64,000 bases of DNA from Macrostomum lignano (taxonomy: Eukaryota): NCBI GenBank assembly GCA_002269645.1, contig NIVC01002439.1:1-64000 (forward strand), read 5' to 3'. The notes under the pieces were generated by a model. That model had not been told where the DNA came from and did not search any database. It worked only from the letters and a program-made list of their open reading frames with translations. Position numbers and translations under genes: made by a program. Of this stretch, positions 1 to 12,120 are shown one piece after another (position 1 is the stretch's first letter; the number at the start of each line of letters is the position of its first letter).

Positions 1-357
1 TAAACTGAAAATTAATTGAATTAAAAATGACAGTCTCTCCAAAAGTAGTCAGTCACGTGTTTCAAGCAAAAATTTCAATTATCAGAGTTCAAGAAACCTT
101 GAGGCCAAGCCTATTGATTCACAGAATACCTGCGTGGATTTTAACAAAGACACAGCCGGCAATGAACATAAATAAATAAGAATAATATTTTTGAAAGACA
201 AACCGACAGAGCAAGCAAAATAATGCGCTTTTAACAGTAAAAAGTGTAATGAGACGCACCAAATATAGTTATATCAAATGGGTGAAACTTGCGAAGCAAT
301 TTCACTTCATCTGGGCTCCCTTAAACTGACTGGAACCTAACGCCAGACATTTAACTG

Positions 358-620
358 TCAGACATCCCACTCCGACACCCACTCCCAGACACCCCACTCC
401 CAGACACCCACTCCCAGACACCCCACTCCCAGACACCCCACTCCCAGACACCCCACTCCCAACACCCCACTCCCAGACACCCCACTCCCAGACACCCCAC
501 TCCCAGACACCCCACTCCCAGACACCCCACTCCCAGACACCCCACTCCCAGACACCCCACTCCCAGACACCCCACTCCCAGACACCCCACTCCCAGACAC
601 CCCACTCCCAGACACCCCAA
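358..620. repeat. 15-bp minisatellite (AGACACCCCACTCCC)n just downstream of the MFS transporter stop codon
   Basis: About 17 near-perfect copies read directly; source of the spurious GVWEW/GCLGV/SGSGV ORFs. Confidence 0.95.
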
Positions 621-629
621 CCCCCCAAA

Positions 630-3600
630 CTAGGAGCTCCGCACGGACACTCTGTCCGCAGCTGAGCAACAGCTGCACCGCTGCTGCAGTCGCCCACAGA
701 CCCGTCGCCAACACCGGCCGAAGTCGCTGGCCATTGTCAGCATGCCCAAGAAGGTGGCGGAAGCAACGGCAAAGGAGCCCAACGCCAGGTGCATCACAGA
801 GGCCGGGCCAGCCGCAGGCGACACCAGCAGATAGCCGGCCAGAGGCGGCAGGGCGGACATGCCCAGTTGGCCGCCGATCAGCCAGCTGCAGGCGACGGGG
901 CCGGCCACCGGCAGCCGCTGCTCCAGCCAGGTGACGCCTGTGGCGTACAGAACGGAGACGGCCAGGCCGAAGGCGGCCGTGCCGGCGAAGGCCAGCCAGG
1001 TGGACTCGGACAGGCTCAGAGTGGCCAGGGCTGCCAGGCAGGCGACCAGGTGCGCCAGCAGGATGCCGGTCGGCCGGGCCCAGCGGGAGACGACAACGCC
1101 GAGGCCGCGGCCGACTAGAAAGCCGGCAAAGAAGGCGGCCTGCAGGGCGGCGGCGCCGCGCGCGCTGAGCTGGAGGCCCGGGGCGCAGCTGGCGTAGGCG
1201 CCACCGAACGACCAGAAGATGTTCTCGCCGCCGACAGACGCGAAGTAGAAGGCCGCGGTAAGAACCACCAGGCAGCGGCGTCGCCAGGCGGGCAGTGGCG
1301 GCGGGCGGAGCGGCGCCTCGGCTTCCAGAGGAATCGGTGGCGGACTCGGCGGCACCGGGGCCGGCAGGACAGCGGGCTGGCGGGGGAGGAGCGCCAGCAG
1401 CAGCAGCCCGACGGACGCGGCAGCCTGAAGTGCCGCCAACACCGAGTACGGAGTGACCAGCAGCAGAGGAGCGGCTGTCGCTCCGCCGCCAACTGTCGAC
1501 GCCGGGCTGGTCGAAGTGGCGAGCGCTGGTGTCTTCAAGTTGTGCCACCGAGTAGCGGATTGGTTCGAGGCGCCGCTTCCGACTCGACCGCAGGCGCTTT
1601 CGCTACTTTCCCACGCCTGCTGCTCTTCGTCTATGGGTGGCTCTGTGGCATCGTTGGCGGCGAGGAACGGGTGCAGCATCAGCGGCGCGATGAGGCCGCC
1701 GAGTGCGGTGCAGAAGTGCAGCGAGTGCAGGATCGGGCGCGACTGCAGCGAACCGAGCAGGCGGATCACCAAGATGCCATTGGCTGACAGAGAAGTTGAG
1801 GGGGTTTCTGTGCATTGAGTTTGTGTTTCTAATCTCTAAACTTAGCTTGAATCTCTAAGGGCCAGTGGGTTTTACAAGCTGCAGCTACCCAGGGATCGGC
1901 AGTTTTGCTAATCTAGCTCATAATTCTGTGCCAGGTGAGAAAAGAAAGAAAATGGAATCGAGGAGAGAGAAGAGAGGAAGGGTGAGAGGAGAGAGGAGAG
2001 AAGAGAGAGGCCACAGAGACGAGTGAGGGGATGAGATGAAAGATGGGATGATGGAAAAGATGGGAGAGAGGAGATAAGAGGAGATAATGGAGGAGAGAGA
2101 CAGAGAAGAGGGGAGTGAAGGAAGAGGAGAGAAGAGAGAGGAGGAAGAAATGAGAGAAGAGAAGGGAGAAGAGAAGAGAAGAGAAGAGAGAGAGAAAGAG
2201 AAAGAGAAGAGAAAGAGAAGAGAAGAGAAGAGAAGAGAAGAGAAGAGAAAGAGAAAGAAGAGAAGAGAAGAGAAGAGAAGAGAAGAGAAGAGAAGAGAAG
2301 AAAGGGAGGAGAGAAGAGGGAAGGGAGGTAGAGAGAGAAGAGAAGAGATAGGAGAGAAGAGAGAAGAGAGGAGAGAAGAGAGAAGAGAGAAGAGAGAAGA
2401 GAAGAGGGAGGAGAGAAGAGAGAAGAGAGAAGAGAGAAGAGAGAAGAGAGAAGAGAGAAGAGAAGAGAGAGGAGAGAAGAGAGAAGAGAGAAGAGAGAAG
2501 AGAAGAGAGAAGAGAGAAAAGAGAAGATAGAAGAGAGAAGAGAAGAGAGAGGAGAGAAGAGAGAAGAGAGAAGAGAAGAGAGAGGAGAGAAGAGAGAAGA
2601 GAGAAGAGAGAGGAGAAGAGAGAAGAGAGAAGAGAGAAGAGAGAAGAGAGAAGAGAGAAGAGAAGAGAGAAGAGAGAAGAGAAGAGAGGGGAGAGAAGAG
2701 AGAAGAGAGCTGAGAAGAGAGAAGAGAGCTGAGAAGAGACACAGACCTTGAGCGGGCCGAATTTCTGTTGTAAAATTTCAAAGGACCCGATGGCCGGGGC
2801 GTAGTTTGGGAAGGTACGGGGGTAACGCTCCTCAAAAAATGGCTCTTGTTGACGGCTACCTGCGCCCCTGATGCCAGGACGAGTGACGGCAATTTTGCAA
2901 GCTCTTTGTTTATTCACTCGTTTTTGAATCGCCAATGACATCGCTTCCAGTTCTGAATCTACCTGGTACTTGAACTACTCCATACGATACCAAAATACGC
3001 CACAAACACAAATCAATCAGCCAGCCAGTTCACTGCACCGGTCTCGAGGGCTCCGTGTCCGGCGCCAAGCAGTCCGGCCAGGCTGAGCGCCAGAGCGCAG
3101 CTGCGCGCCAACGACGCGCCGAGCATGGCGCCGGCGCTAACCAGATTTCCAGCGGCCAGAAAAGCCGGCCGGGCCAGGCGGCTGCTGTCCGGCAGCCGGT
3201 TGAACACGAAGCCGGTCAGCAGTGCCAGCAGGCAGGCCGCGGCAGACTTGGCCGTGAACCAGAATCCCATGTCGCTGAGGCCGACGCCCACCTGCCTGGC
3301 CAGGTGCATCAGGCTGCTGCCCGGCAGAGCGTTGGCCATGCCGATGCAGATGTGACTGAGGCACAGCAGGGCCAGCAGCGGCCAGTGCAGCCGCAGCACT
3401 ACTGCGAACTGAGTGAGGGGCGTTAGCGGTTTTGCAGCTGCAGCTGGGCTGCACTTTTTAACTTTGGAAGTGAAGGGGTAGAAAGGGAAGGGAAGCGAAG
3501 GGAATTGAAGGGAAGGGAAGGGAAGGGAAGGAAAGGGAAGAGAAGGGAAGAGAAAGGAAGGGAAGGGAAGGGAAGGGAAGGGAAAGGAAGAAAGTAGAAG

Positions 3601-3883
3601 TGGGGTTCCACCTCAAACTTAAAAGCCTTCAATGGTTTTCCAGCAGGCGAATGAATGAAAATGCTGTACAGTTTGTCAGTACAGTTGAGTTCTTGGCAGC
3701 GGCGCAGCATCTCACCTTGACTGCCACCGAGTCGATAGAGGCGACCGGACTCGGAAGCTGCTGTGCGCCATCAGTTGGGATCCCGTTGCCAAGCAACTCT
3801 TCTTTGCCAACGCCCGCCTCTTTGTTACTGCAGGTTTCGTCTGTCGGCTGTCGTTCCGGCGGCTTCTCTTCGATTGGCAGCAT
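630..3883 (-). CDS. MFS transporter, MFSD4/NAGLT1-like; 3 exons (3883-3716, 3408-3039, 1783-630), about 563 aa
   Basis: Exon phases join (0 then 1) with AAG|GTGAG and CTCAG|, TGTCAG| sites; many hydrophobic helices; ALET..G and LHSLHFCTALGGLIAPL match MFSD4-family motifs. The exon-2 donor (CCG|GTGCAG) is weak. Confidence 0.8.
1950..2730. repeat. Polypurine (GAGAA)n-type microsatellite in MFS intron 2
   Basis: Nearly pure A/G tract; gives the low-complexity SL/ER ORFs. Confidence 0.95.
3480..3600. repeat. (GGGAA)n microsatellite in MFS intron 1
   Basis: Direct reading. Confidence 0.9.
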
Positions 3884-4206
3884 TGCTCTGCAAGCAATGC
3901 GCCTTACATACTACTGTTGCACTCCGGTTCGACAGTAGATTGGCTGCGCAACGGAAACCATCCTAAAGTTATTTAAAAAATTTGATCTTATATCCAACTT
4001 TGATAAGATTTCAATTAATATTTTACATTCTTTTTAAGCAGTTTTTGCAGTAATGTTAGCCCCAGACAGAGGCTCTATCGAGTTGAGGAAGTTAAAGTAG
4101 CCTACGAGCGTACATATGTATACTCGTGCGCATATTCTTCATCTGCGAAATATGTCTGTGGTCGCTATTCCCCAAAATCTGAAGAACATGTTTCCTTAAT
4201 GAATTA

Positions 4207-4747
4207 TATACCTTTTTGCGATCTAGTTTGCCAAAACTAGAGTCATGACCAGAGTTTCAGCCACAGACAACTCTTTGAAAACTGCAATCAGTTTTGCCCA
4301 AACTGCGATCTAGTTTGCCCATAGCAAAGAAAACACCACAGACATACATAGCAAGATCAAAGAATGGCCCAGCGTGAACCTTACAACAGGATTTCAGCAA
4401 AGGACCGGCAGCGATTGATTCAAGCATATCAGGGTGGAGAGGACTGGCAAGATTTCGGTAGGCTGTTGGGCATCTCACGAAGAAACGTGACTTACATAGT
4501 TGGACAATTCAACGCAACCGGTCGTATAGAGCCTCTGCCTCGCGGAGGTGCCAAGCGGAGGTCCCTTAACAATGCTATGATTGAGAGCATTTGTGCCTAC
4601 GTCTACCATTATAAACTCGCTGTTTATTGTTCACTGTTACAGTTTATTTCGTCACACTTCCTAATTGATTCTCAATAAAAATCCTTCTTGGCTTGCTATG
4701 GGCAAACTAGGTCGCAGTTTTGGCAAACTAGATCGCAAAAAGGTATA
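4207..4747 (+). mobile_element. Non-autonomous Tc1/IS630-like DNA transposon (about 540 bp) with IR-DR ends and a truncated transposase HTH (4364-4678)
   Basis: TATACCTTTTTGCGATCTAGTTTGCCAAAACT at 4207 is inverted at about 4716-4747; inner copies of CGATCTAGTTTGCC; TA flanks; ORF resembles a Tc1/IS630 N-terminal HTH ending PRGG, no DDE domain. Confidence 0.85.
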
Positions 4748-5077
4748 TTAGCTAATGAAGTTTATAAGTATACGAACGAGGGTTGTGTCGTGATTTCGGT
4801 GAACAAAAATAGACTGCACTGCATAGTTTGCCTTTCAGCTGCACACACCTAATAGTGCCGTCTCTCTGGCAGCTTGCTGATCCCGTCATGCCAAGAAACT
4901 CTGTGTGGCAGGTCTAGCTAATAGGGTAGGTACGGCACCAGCTTGTATCCCAAGTGTCCGACAGGTGTACATCTTGCGTCTGCACGCAAGGACCAACTAG
5001 AAGTTACCGTTGCATCTGCATGTACTTAAATATTGCAAAAAAGGTTGCAAGTTGCAAGGTTGCATGAAACTCATGTA

Positions 5078-5350
5078 GGAACTGATGGATCAAGCTAAAG
5101 GATTGATGGATCAAGCTAAAGGATTGATGGATCAAGCTAAAGGATTGATGGATCAAGCTAAAGGATTGATGGATCAAGCTAAAGGATTGATGGATCAAGC
5201 TTCAGGAACTGATGAATCAAGCTTTAGGAATTGATGGATCAAGCTTTATGAACTGATGAATCAAGCTGCAGGAACTGATGAATCAAGCTTCAGGAACTGA
5301 TGAATCAAGCTTCAGGAACTGATGAATCAAGCTTCAGGAACTGATGGATC
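5078..5350 (+). repeat. 21-bp minisatellite (GGAACTGATGGATCAAGCTAA-like)
   Basis: About 12 copies; reverse complement of the 9-10 kb array unit. Confidence 0.9.
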
Positions 5351-5636
5351 TCTGCAAATATTGCCATATTACGAGTGATGCATCCTGACACAACGGTAGC
5401 TTCTAGTTGTCTTTGTCTGCACATCTGTCAGCAGCTTTGGCACCGGCAAAACAGAGAAAAGCATTATTTTTCCCTAGTGAGCTGCCCGCATTTGTCAGCG
5501 AGCCTATGAAACAACTCTCGTAATTACCCCAATTAGGAATTCTAAATCTAGCAACTGGAATGGCAACTGAAATATCAGCTATACAAGATGAGGCCAAGAT
5601 TAGAGATCGCAAGCGTGCGACGTAAACACAGAGTAT

Positions 5637-6252
5637 TTAAAAAGAAGGATCGTATTCGTATATCATTTCAACTCGTTTGGCTAGGTAAATCTCGTCGATC
5701 AATAACACCACTGTCGTCTCATAGGCATGTAGTCGGTTGTAGCACAATTTGAGATAGTCGGAGTTGTCCAGACCTGTAGACCCCATCCTCCTTGTTAATT
5801 TTCGAAGGACATTAACTGATGGCAGTATTAGCGATTTGGTCTCCAGAAGCCGCTGATAAGCTGCCGGACTCACAGAAAACAGAATATAAGAGAAAACGAT
5901 CAACTCAACGATTTTTTGTGAAACATGATGGCATGCTGGTCGTGCTGTATTGTGGGAACTGCATCTTCTATTAATCTTCTTTTTACAAGATTGGCACCTT
6001 CTTCGTGCTGTTTCTTTTTCCGATATGCATTGCTGTCCTGATTCTCAGTAATAAAATCTGATTCCGTGAAGTGAAGAGAGCAAATTCGAGTGTGCTTCGA
6101 TGGCTTGAAATTTGCTTCTCGGAAATGCTCTTCAACCATTTTTCCAGCAGGTCGTCTCGATTCGGAAACGTGTGGAATGAAATCCTCGCTGACCGTGCCG
6201 TTGCCGACTCGCTGCCGGACTTGCAGCCAAAAACGGCGCATTTATTTGGCAT
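5637..6252 (-). mobile_element. P-element/THAP9-like transposase relic: THAP domain plus start of the catalytic region, truncated
   Basis: MPNKCAVFGC...F.FP...W...RICSLHF...AVPTI (THAP C2CH, split by a 1-nt shift near 6122), then SPAAY..L...LPS..VL...LLIDE of P transposases; homology stops near 5670. Confidence 0.85.
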
Positions 6253-6940
6253 GCAGAGGACTCAAAACTTCTGCAGAGGACGCAGAGACTTGGCTTCAGG
6301 AAAGTCACTCTGGCAAATTAGTGCTTACAGGCTAAAACAAAATAAGGCGAGCGAAGCTGATTCTTCATAGTGGCAATCTAAGTTGATGCGGCAAGCAAAA
6401 TCCTATGTCTGTGGCAATCGCAGTAAGCATTGTTTAGCAATTTGACGATCATTATTCACATTTTTAATGCAGAACAATCCATTACTACAAACAATGCATT
6501 GTCTGTAGGATCGTCAAACAGAAAAACAATGCAAAGAATCAGCGGTCGCAGCACGTGACAACGATTTGTCTATGTCTCGCGCCTACCGGCGCTCGCCAGA
6601 CCATCGTTGTCACGCACTGGGACCGCTGATTATTTATCCATTATCTTGTATAAAGAAGTCCTCACCGCTATTTCAGTTGTCATTCCAGTAGGATATAGAA
6701 TTCCTTGACTTTGTGGTCGAAAATTGAATACAGGGAAATCAAGTTGAATTCCTTCAGTGTCTATGGCAGAAAGACCTCTAGTTCTCACTTAAGTTGCTTG
6801 AATTTCCTTCCTATAATCTTTTTCTGTTCCTTTGAACTTTTGGTATCTATGTCAAAGGAGGCTTCATGCTTCACTTTACACCGCTATGAAAGTGTACACC
6901 AGTCCTGAAAATTGATGCATTGCAATACTGCTAATAGCAC

Positions 6941-8497
6941 CACAGAACATACACAGAATGGCGAATCGGCAGTTCTCTATGAAAGCGAAAATAAATGCGA
7001 TTGCACTACTAACGTTGTGAAGCTGATAAGTAGCTGCGATTTTTTAAACGCAAAGTTGAATGTAAAAGTTGAGCTCAAGACAGCCTTTGAAAGCTCTGAA
7101 TCATCGTTTTGACGCTGCAGATGAATGCTGCGCCATCATTGTAATTAATTTGTTCAAACGGTGCGTGCGCAAAGTCATGAGCAGTAGTAAGAACTGTTAT
7201 AACCTCATTGCCATGTACATGTAAGCTAAAAAACAAAAGTAACAAACATATAACAGCAGGTTAAGTTTTAGCGCTGCACGCAAGGCAGGAAATGCCAGAC
7301 TCAACAGAAATAGCAAATCTCATGCAATCACACTCATCCTCTTGAACTTCCTCGATTGCTCATTGCAAAATGCTCGCCCGCGCTTTCTCTCCTGAGCCGC
7401 AATCCTGCGCCCATTGCACCAATGGTGCAAGCGCAGCCTCGAGAACAGCCTCACAATGCCCATCACGCATCTCTCTGAGTGCTCAGCGCAATGAGTCGCA
7501 ATAATTGGCCTGATGCAATCGGCCAATAATTTGCTGATTCTGTGTGACACAACAGCATGCATGAACTCTGTCACTTCCAGCAATTTGAATTGGCGTTCCA
7601 TCTCAGTGACAGCTCTGATAACTGCTCTGCTTGGGGTGGCTAAGCTGTCATCCCGCTTGCACTTCAGTCGCAGGAAGAGTGTCCGAATTGCTTTCCCTTC
7701 AGTTCCTGCTGGAACACCTTACACTTGAACTCAGTTTTAAAGAAGCGGAACAGCAACCAACCGCCGACATTTGCGCACTTCTCGTGATCTAAGTCATCCG
7801 ATGTAGCAAAGAGCTCATCACCTGCTTCCGTGAGATCTGAGTCACAAGTGTTGCCCCGCAGGTGGACTGGATCTGGAGCTTCTTGCCTCACTGCAGCCTT
7901 GGATGCTCTCTGGCTGCTGAAAACCGGTGAAATCTAGTGCCCGGCGGCCACTTGCCGGCGTAGTTGGGGCATCCGTACGCAGCGCACTGAAGCCTCGAAG
8001 CAGACGCAGTCATGCGAAAACAGTATCACAATAAGCTGCGTATTAAAACTCTAGCAGATATGCCTTCGGTATTACATGTAGCACTTTTGAAGCCAGACCT
8101 AGCTTCAGCAGCACCAGCTTGGGCCATAGAGAATGCAATATAGCAAAGACAGGCTAGCGCGATCAATAATGCATTTGACCTGCATGCTTTCACGCCACGA
8201 GCTCGTGCTTGAACGCCCAAGGCATGCTGTCTATGGCACTAACTTAAAGCGCAGCAGAAGGCAGGGCCAGCCTTAAGGTAGTTTCTAAAAATAGCACAGT
8301 TTAGAAGGGGGTGGGTTGGTTCATCAAGCCTTCCTATATTCTGTGGGACAAACCCGCAATAAATGGCAAAGAATTGGTAAAGTGCCATTCAGCCTACTTA
8401 GTTTCTCTTCACAACAAGAGTAGCCAGTATAGAATTTCATTCTTGTGCAAGAAATTTTCTCAAAATGCGGGATTCGCCATTCTGTGTATATTCTGTG
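6941..8497 (-). mobile_element. Non-autonomous P-superfamily element (1557 bp) retaining the transposase C-terminus (about 7320-8220)
   Basis: TIR CACAGAACATACACAGAATGGCGAATC / GATTCGCCATTCTGTGTATATTCTGTG; CA...TG termini; 8-bp TSD AATAGCAC at 6933-6940 and 8498-8505; ANVGGWL..F.CK and C..H...RLRLHH resemble the P transposase C-terminus. Confidence 0.85.
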
Positions 8498-8996
8498 AAT
8501 AGCACCGCGGGTTTAAGATTGCTCAAATCAATATGCAGTTGGACGCATTTAAAAATAGATTCGAAACACAGTTGTCCCGCGGAGCGACTAGCGGAATGTG
8601 AACCGGCCTTAACCAGTATTTGATGACGGAGTGAACAAGCCTGTATTTGTACTGCATTGCAAACTCATCAATAAATTCATTTATTTAAAAGCATTTGAAT
8701 TATAGAAAGTGTTGTATGCCAGTATTATTTACCTGCTTAGGAAAGATGGTGTCAGACTCTGGAAAGCAGTGGCAAAAGTGCTTCTTGTCCGCTCTGTTTA
8801 TAATTTTGCCCCAAGCTGCACGCACTTCAAGCCTAACAGAAATAGTCAAATGTGCTTTAAAAGTTCTTTACAGTTGAGAACTTGTTTTTTTTGAGCTCGA
8901 CGAGTCCACCTGTAGAGGGTGGGTATGAGGCAGAATCGTCAAGCTCTAATTGGGGACCTCGAGGGAGGGTACTCACACATCTGCAGCTCAATACGA

Positions 8997-10232
8997 ATTG
9001 ATCCATCAATTCCAGATGCTTGATTCATCAGTTCTGAAGCTTGATCCACCGGTTCCTTAAGCTTAATCCATCAGTTCCCTAAGTTTGATCCATCGGTTCC
9101 TTAAGCTTGATCCACCGGTTTTTTAAGCTTAATCCATCGGTTCCCTAAGCTTGATCCATCGGTTCCTTAAGCTTGATCCACCGGTTTCTTAAGCTTGATC
9201 CATCAGTTCATTAAGCTTGATCCATCAGTTCCTTAAGCTTGATCCACCGTTTCCTTAAGCTTAATCCATCGGTTCCCTAAGCTTGATCCATCGGTTCCTT
9301 AAGCTTGATCCATCAATCCTGAATCTTGATCCATCAATCCTGAATCTTGATCCATCAGTCCTTTACCTAAGCTTAATCCATCGGTTCCCTAAGCTTGATC
9401 CATCGGTTCCTTAAGCTTGATCCACCGGTTTCTTAAGCTTGATCCATCAGTTCATTAAGCTTGATCCATCAGTTCCTTAAGCTTGATCCATCAGTTCCTT
9501 AAGCTTGATCCACCGTTTCCTTAAGTTTAATCCATCGGTTCCCTAAGCTTGATCCATCGGTTCCTTAAGCTTGATCCATCAATCCTGAATCTTGATCCAT
9601 CAATCCTTAAGCTTGATCCATCAGTCCTTTACCTAAGCTTAATCCATCGGTTCCCTAAGCTTGATCCATCGGTTCCTTAAGCTTGATCCATCAATCCTGA
9701 ATCTTGATCCATCAATCCTGAATCTTGATCCATCAATCCTTAAGCTCGATCCATCAGTCCTTTACCTAAGCTTGATCAATCAGTTCCTTAAGCTTGATCC
9801 ATCAGTTCCTTAAGCTTGATCCATCAGTTCCTTAAGCTTGATTCATCAGTTCCTTAAGCTTGATTCATGAGTTCCTGACTTGATCCATCAACCCTTAAGC
9901 TTGATTCATGAGTTCCTGAAGCTTGATGCATCAATTCCTTAAGCTTAATCCATCAGTTCCTTAAGCTTGATCCATCAATCCTTAAGCTTGATCCTAGGAT
10001 GACTTAAGCTCGATCCATCAGTCCTTTACCTAAGCTTGATCCATCAGATCCTGAAGCTTGATTCATCAACCCTTAAGCTTGATCCATCAGTTCCTTAAGC
10101 TTGATCCATCAGTTCCTTAAGCTTGATCCATCAATTCCTGAAGCTAGATCTATCAGTTCCTAAAGCTTGATCCTAGGATGACTTAAGCTCGATCCATCAG
10201 TCCTTTACCTAAGCTTGATCCATCAGTTCCTT
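8997..10232 (-). repeat. 21-22-bp minisatellite (AAGCTTGATCCATCAGTTCCTT)n with higher-order variants
   Basis: Dozens of copies; same family as 5078-5350, opposite orientation. Confidence 0.95.
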
Positions 10233-10981
10233 AATATTGATGAGTCGGTTTTTTAACAGCAGAAACAATTGTCTTATTCTTCAGTACCAAATATTTCAAA
10301 CCAACCGGACTGTTGGCTGTGCACTCTCGGTCCAGTGAAGTAGACTTCAGTCTACGATACGATAAAATTAGTTTGGGGGATGCAGTGCGCGGGTGCAATG
10401 CGCCGATTTCCTCGCGTTATGCTAATTGCTAATAAGCAGCAAAACTCCAAATCAAATTAATACAAGATTTCGCATTGCTCGCATGGGACAATTCTTTAGT
10501 AATAGTGCAAACTGCACTTGTATATAACAGTTAAAACTTTTCCGAGAAAGCATTACACTCAATTCAAAAGCACTTAAGAATTCAGAAGTTTGTCTACTGA
10601 AATTTCCGGACACTGTCCGAAAGTAAAACACTCCTCTTGCTCGTATGTTTGGTGATTTGCGGTCAAAAGAAACTGGAAGTTAAAAAAGAAACCTTCAAAC
10701 TTCATCTGATCAAATCGCTTCGAGAGAATATTTATTTATGCCTTCTACTGACGAAAAAAATTGTTGCAACTCATCAATGCAGAATATTTTCTCTTTTGCA
10801 GGAGCAACTCGAGCAAAATTAGGCTAAAAATATTACTATTCGAGCAGTTTAAAAACAGTTCGCAGAATTTCCTTATTAGCAAAGTCTGATTTATCAGAGG
10901 AAAATTAAAAAACGGCTTTGTGAACAATGAATAAATGCAGCAGTTGGGAATTTATTAGCCAGAGTCTTCGTCATCACGGCT

Positions 10982-11215
10982 TTACAGGCCAGTGCAGTCG
11001 ACTCCCTTGGGCGGCTTGACCTGCCTCTTTTGGCTGTCGGCGCACACAGTGGCCAGCAGTACCTGGAATTCGGCGCCTCGTCTTACCATCCGGCGAGACT
11101 CGGGCAGGGCCATCGCCTCCGCGCCGAATGTCGCCGGCGGTGTCAGGGTGGTCAGCAGCAGGACGACGGTCGTCAGCACGAGAAGCGTCAGGTTCTTTCG
11201 GCTGGAGGTGGCCAT
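10982..11215 (-). CDS. Small secreted peptide precursor (about 77 aa): signal peptide, RR site, C-terminal two-Cys peptide
   Basis: GCC-ATG-G start; hydrophobic LTLLVLTTVVLLLTTL; MVRR and QKR dibasic sites; GC-rich island in AT-rich DNA; AATAAA about 30 nt after the stop (10947-10952); AG acceptor just upstream of ATG. Confidence 0.7.
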   Translation of the reverse strand: MATSSRKNLTLLVLTTVVLLLTTLTPPATFGAEAMALPESRRMVRRGAEFQVLLATVCADSQKRQVKPPKGVDCTGL

Positions 11216-11414
11216 GGCTGACTGAGACAATTCTTATAGGTAACACGACAGCGACGCAAAAACCTCGAGTATATTGAGTAATATTTAATAGGGAACCGAC
11301 AACAAAATGACTTTTTATTGCAGCGGAGGAGGGTGCTGGAGACTTTTGTTGATAAGAACAACAGTCAATTAATTAATAAACAGCCTATGCGACGAAACTT
11401 CCAACACACAGGGG

Positions 11415-11625
11415 GCTCTGATTGGCTGGCCTTAGCAAGCTCACTTTGTCCGATTCCACCCACCCCCACGCTGGCCGCCCCTTTACACTCACTTATTCAA
11501 TTCTCTGCCCCAAGTTTCCTACCCCCACCCCCTAGAATGAACGCTGTGAAAGCTCAGTGTACAGGCTCAGTGTGCGCATTGACGCAGGCGGGCGAGGCTT
11601 CACAAAATCTGATTGGCTGGTGGGG
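11415..11625. promoter_or_regulatory. Promoter-like block with two CTGATTGGCTGG (CCAAT) boxes and GC/CACCC boxes upstream of the peptide gene
   Basis: Repeated CCAAT 12-mer near 11418 and 11609; motif-only evidence. Confidence 0.35.
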
Positions 11626-11826
11626 AGATAAGTGACGAAAAGAATGATTTCACTGACTGAGTCACTGATAAAAGAGTTAGAGTGTTTGCGTGAATTGAGC
11701 ATCTGGAGGGGTCAATAAAAGTACGCAATAAAAATATGTGAATATTCCATAAACATTAAATGTGTAACTGCATCGTAGCTGTTTCCTAGTCCTAGTTTCT
11801 CCATTTATTAACCAAATTGTTATAAA

Positions 11827-12120
11827 TATACTCAGCAACATTGAAAAGTCGCCACCCATTGCCCCAATGAGCAGTGTCTTTCGACCAGCGTCTATCACCT
11901 GGGCAATCATTTTGATGTGAAAAAAATGCTTGAAAAAACAATGAAAACCGGTCGGAAGCTTCAATCCACCCAATCTTCACCCTCTGCTCTTCCCAATACC
12001 TTCTCACCCAGTTACACTCTGCGTCACGTAACGCAACTTGTGTCACTCAAAAGTCAATACTTGAGCTAGAATTTACGGCGCACTCTCAAAGGTGGCGACT
12101 ATTTAATGTTGTTGAGTATA
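11827..12120. mobile_element. Tc1/mariner-type MITE (about 294 bp) with 30-bp TIRs and TA ends
   Basis: TATACTCAGCAACATTGAAAAGTCGCCACC vs GGTGGCGACTATTTAATGTTGTTGAGTATA (3 mismatches). Confidence 0.75.

Noticed and set aside
358-1548. 396-aa minus-strand ORF and other overlapping GC-rich ORFs over MFS, GPCR, CNBP and KLF exons
   Set aside because: Shadow frames of real GC-rich coding sequence
5600-6580. Termini for the THAP-bearing P relic (CACAGAG at 5627; TCTGTG at 6413; TCTATG at 6573)
   Set aside because: No matching TIR pair or 8-bp TSD found
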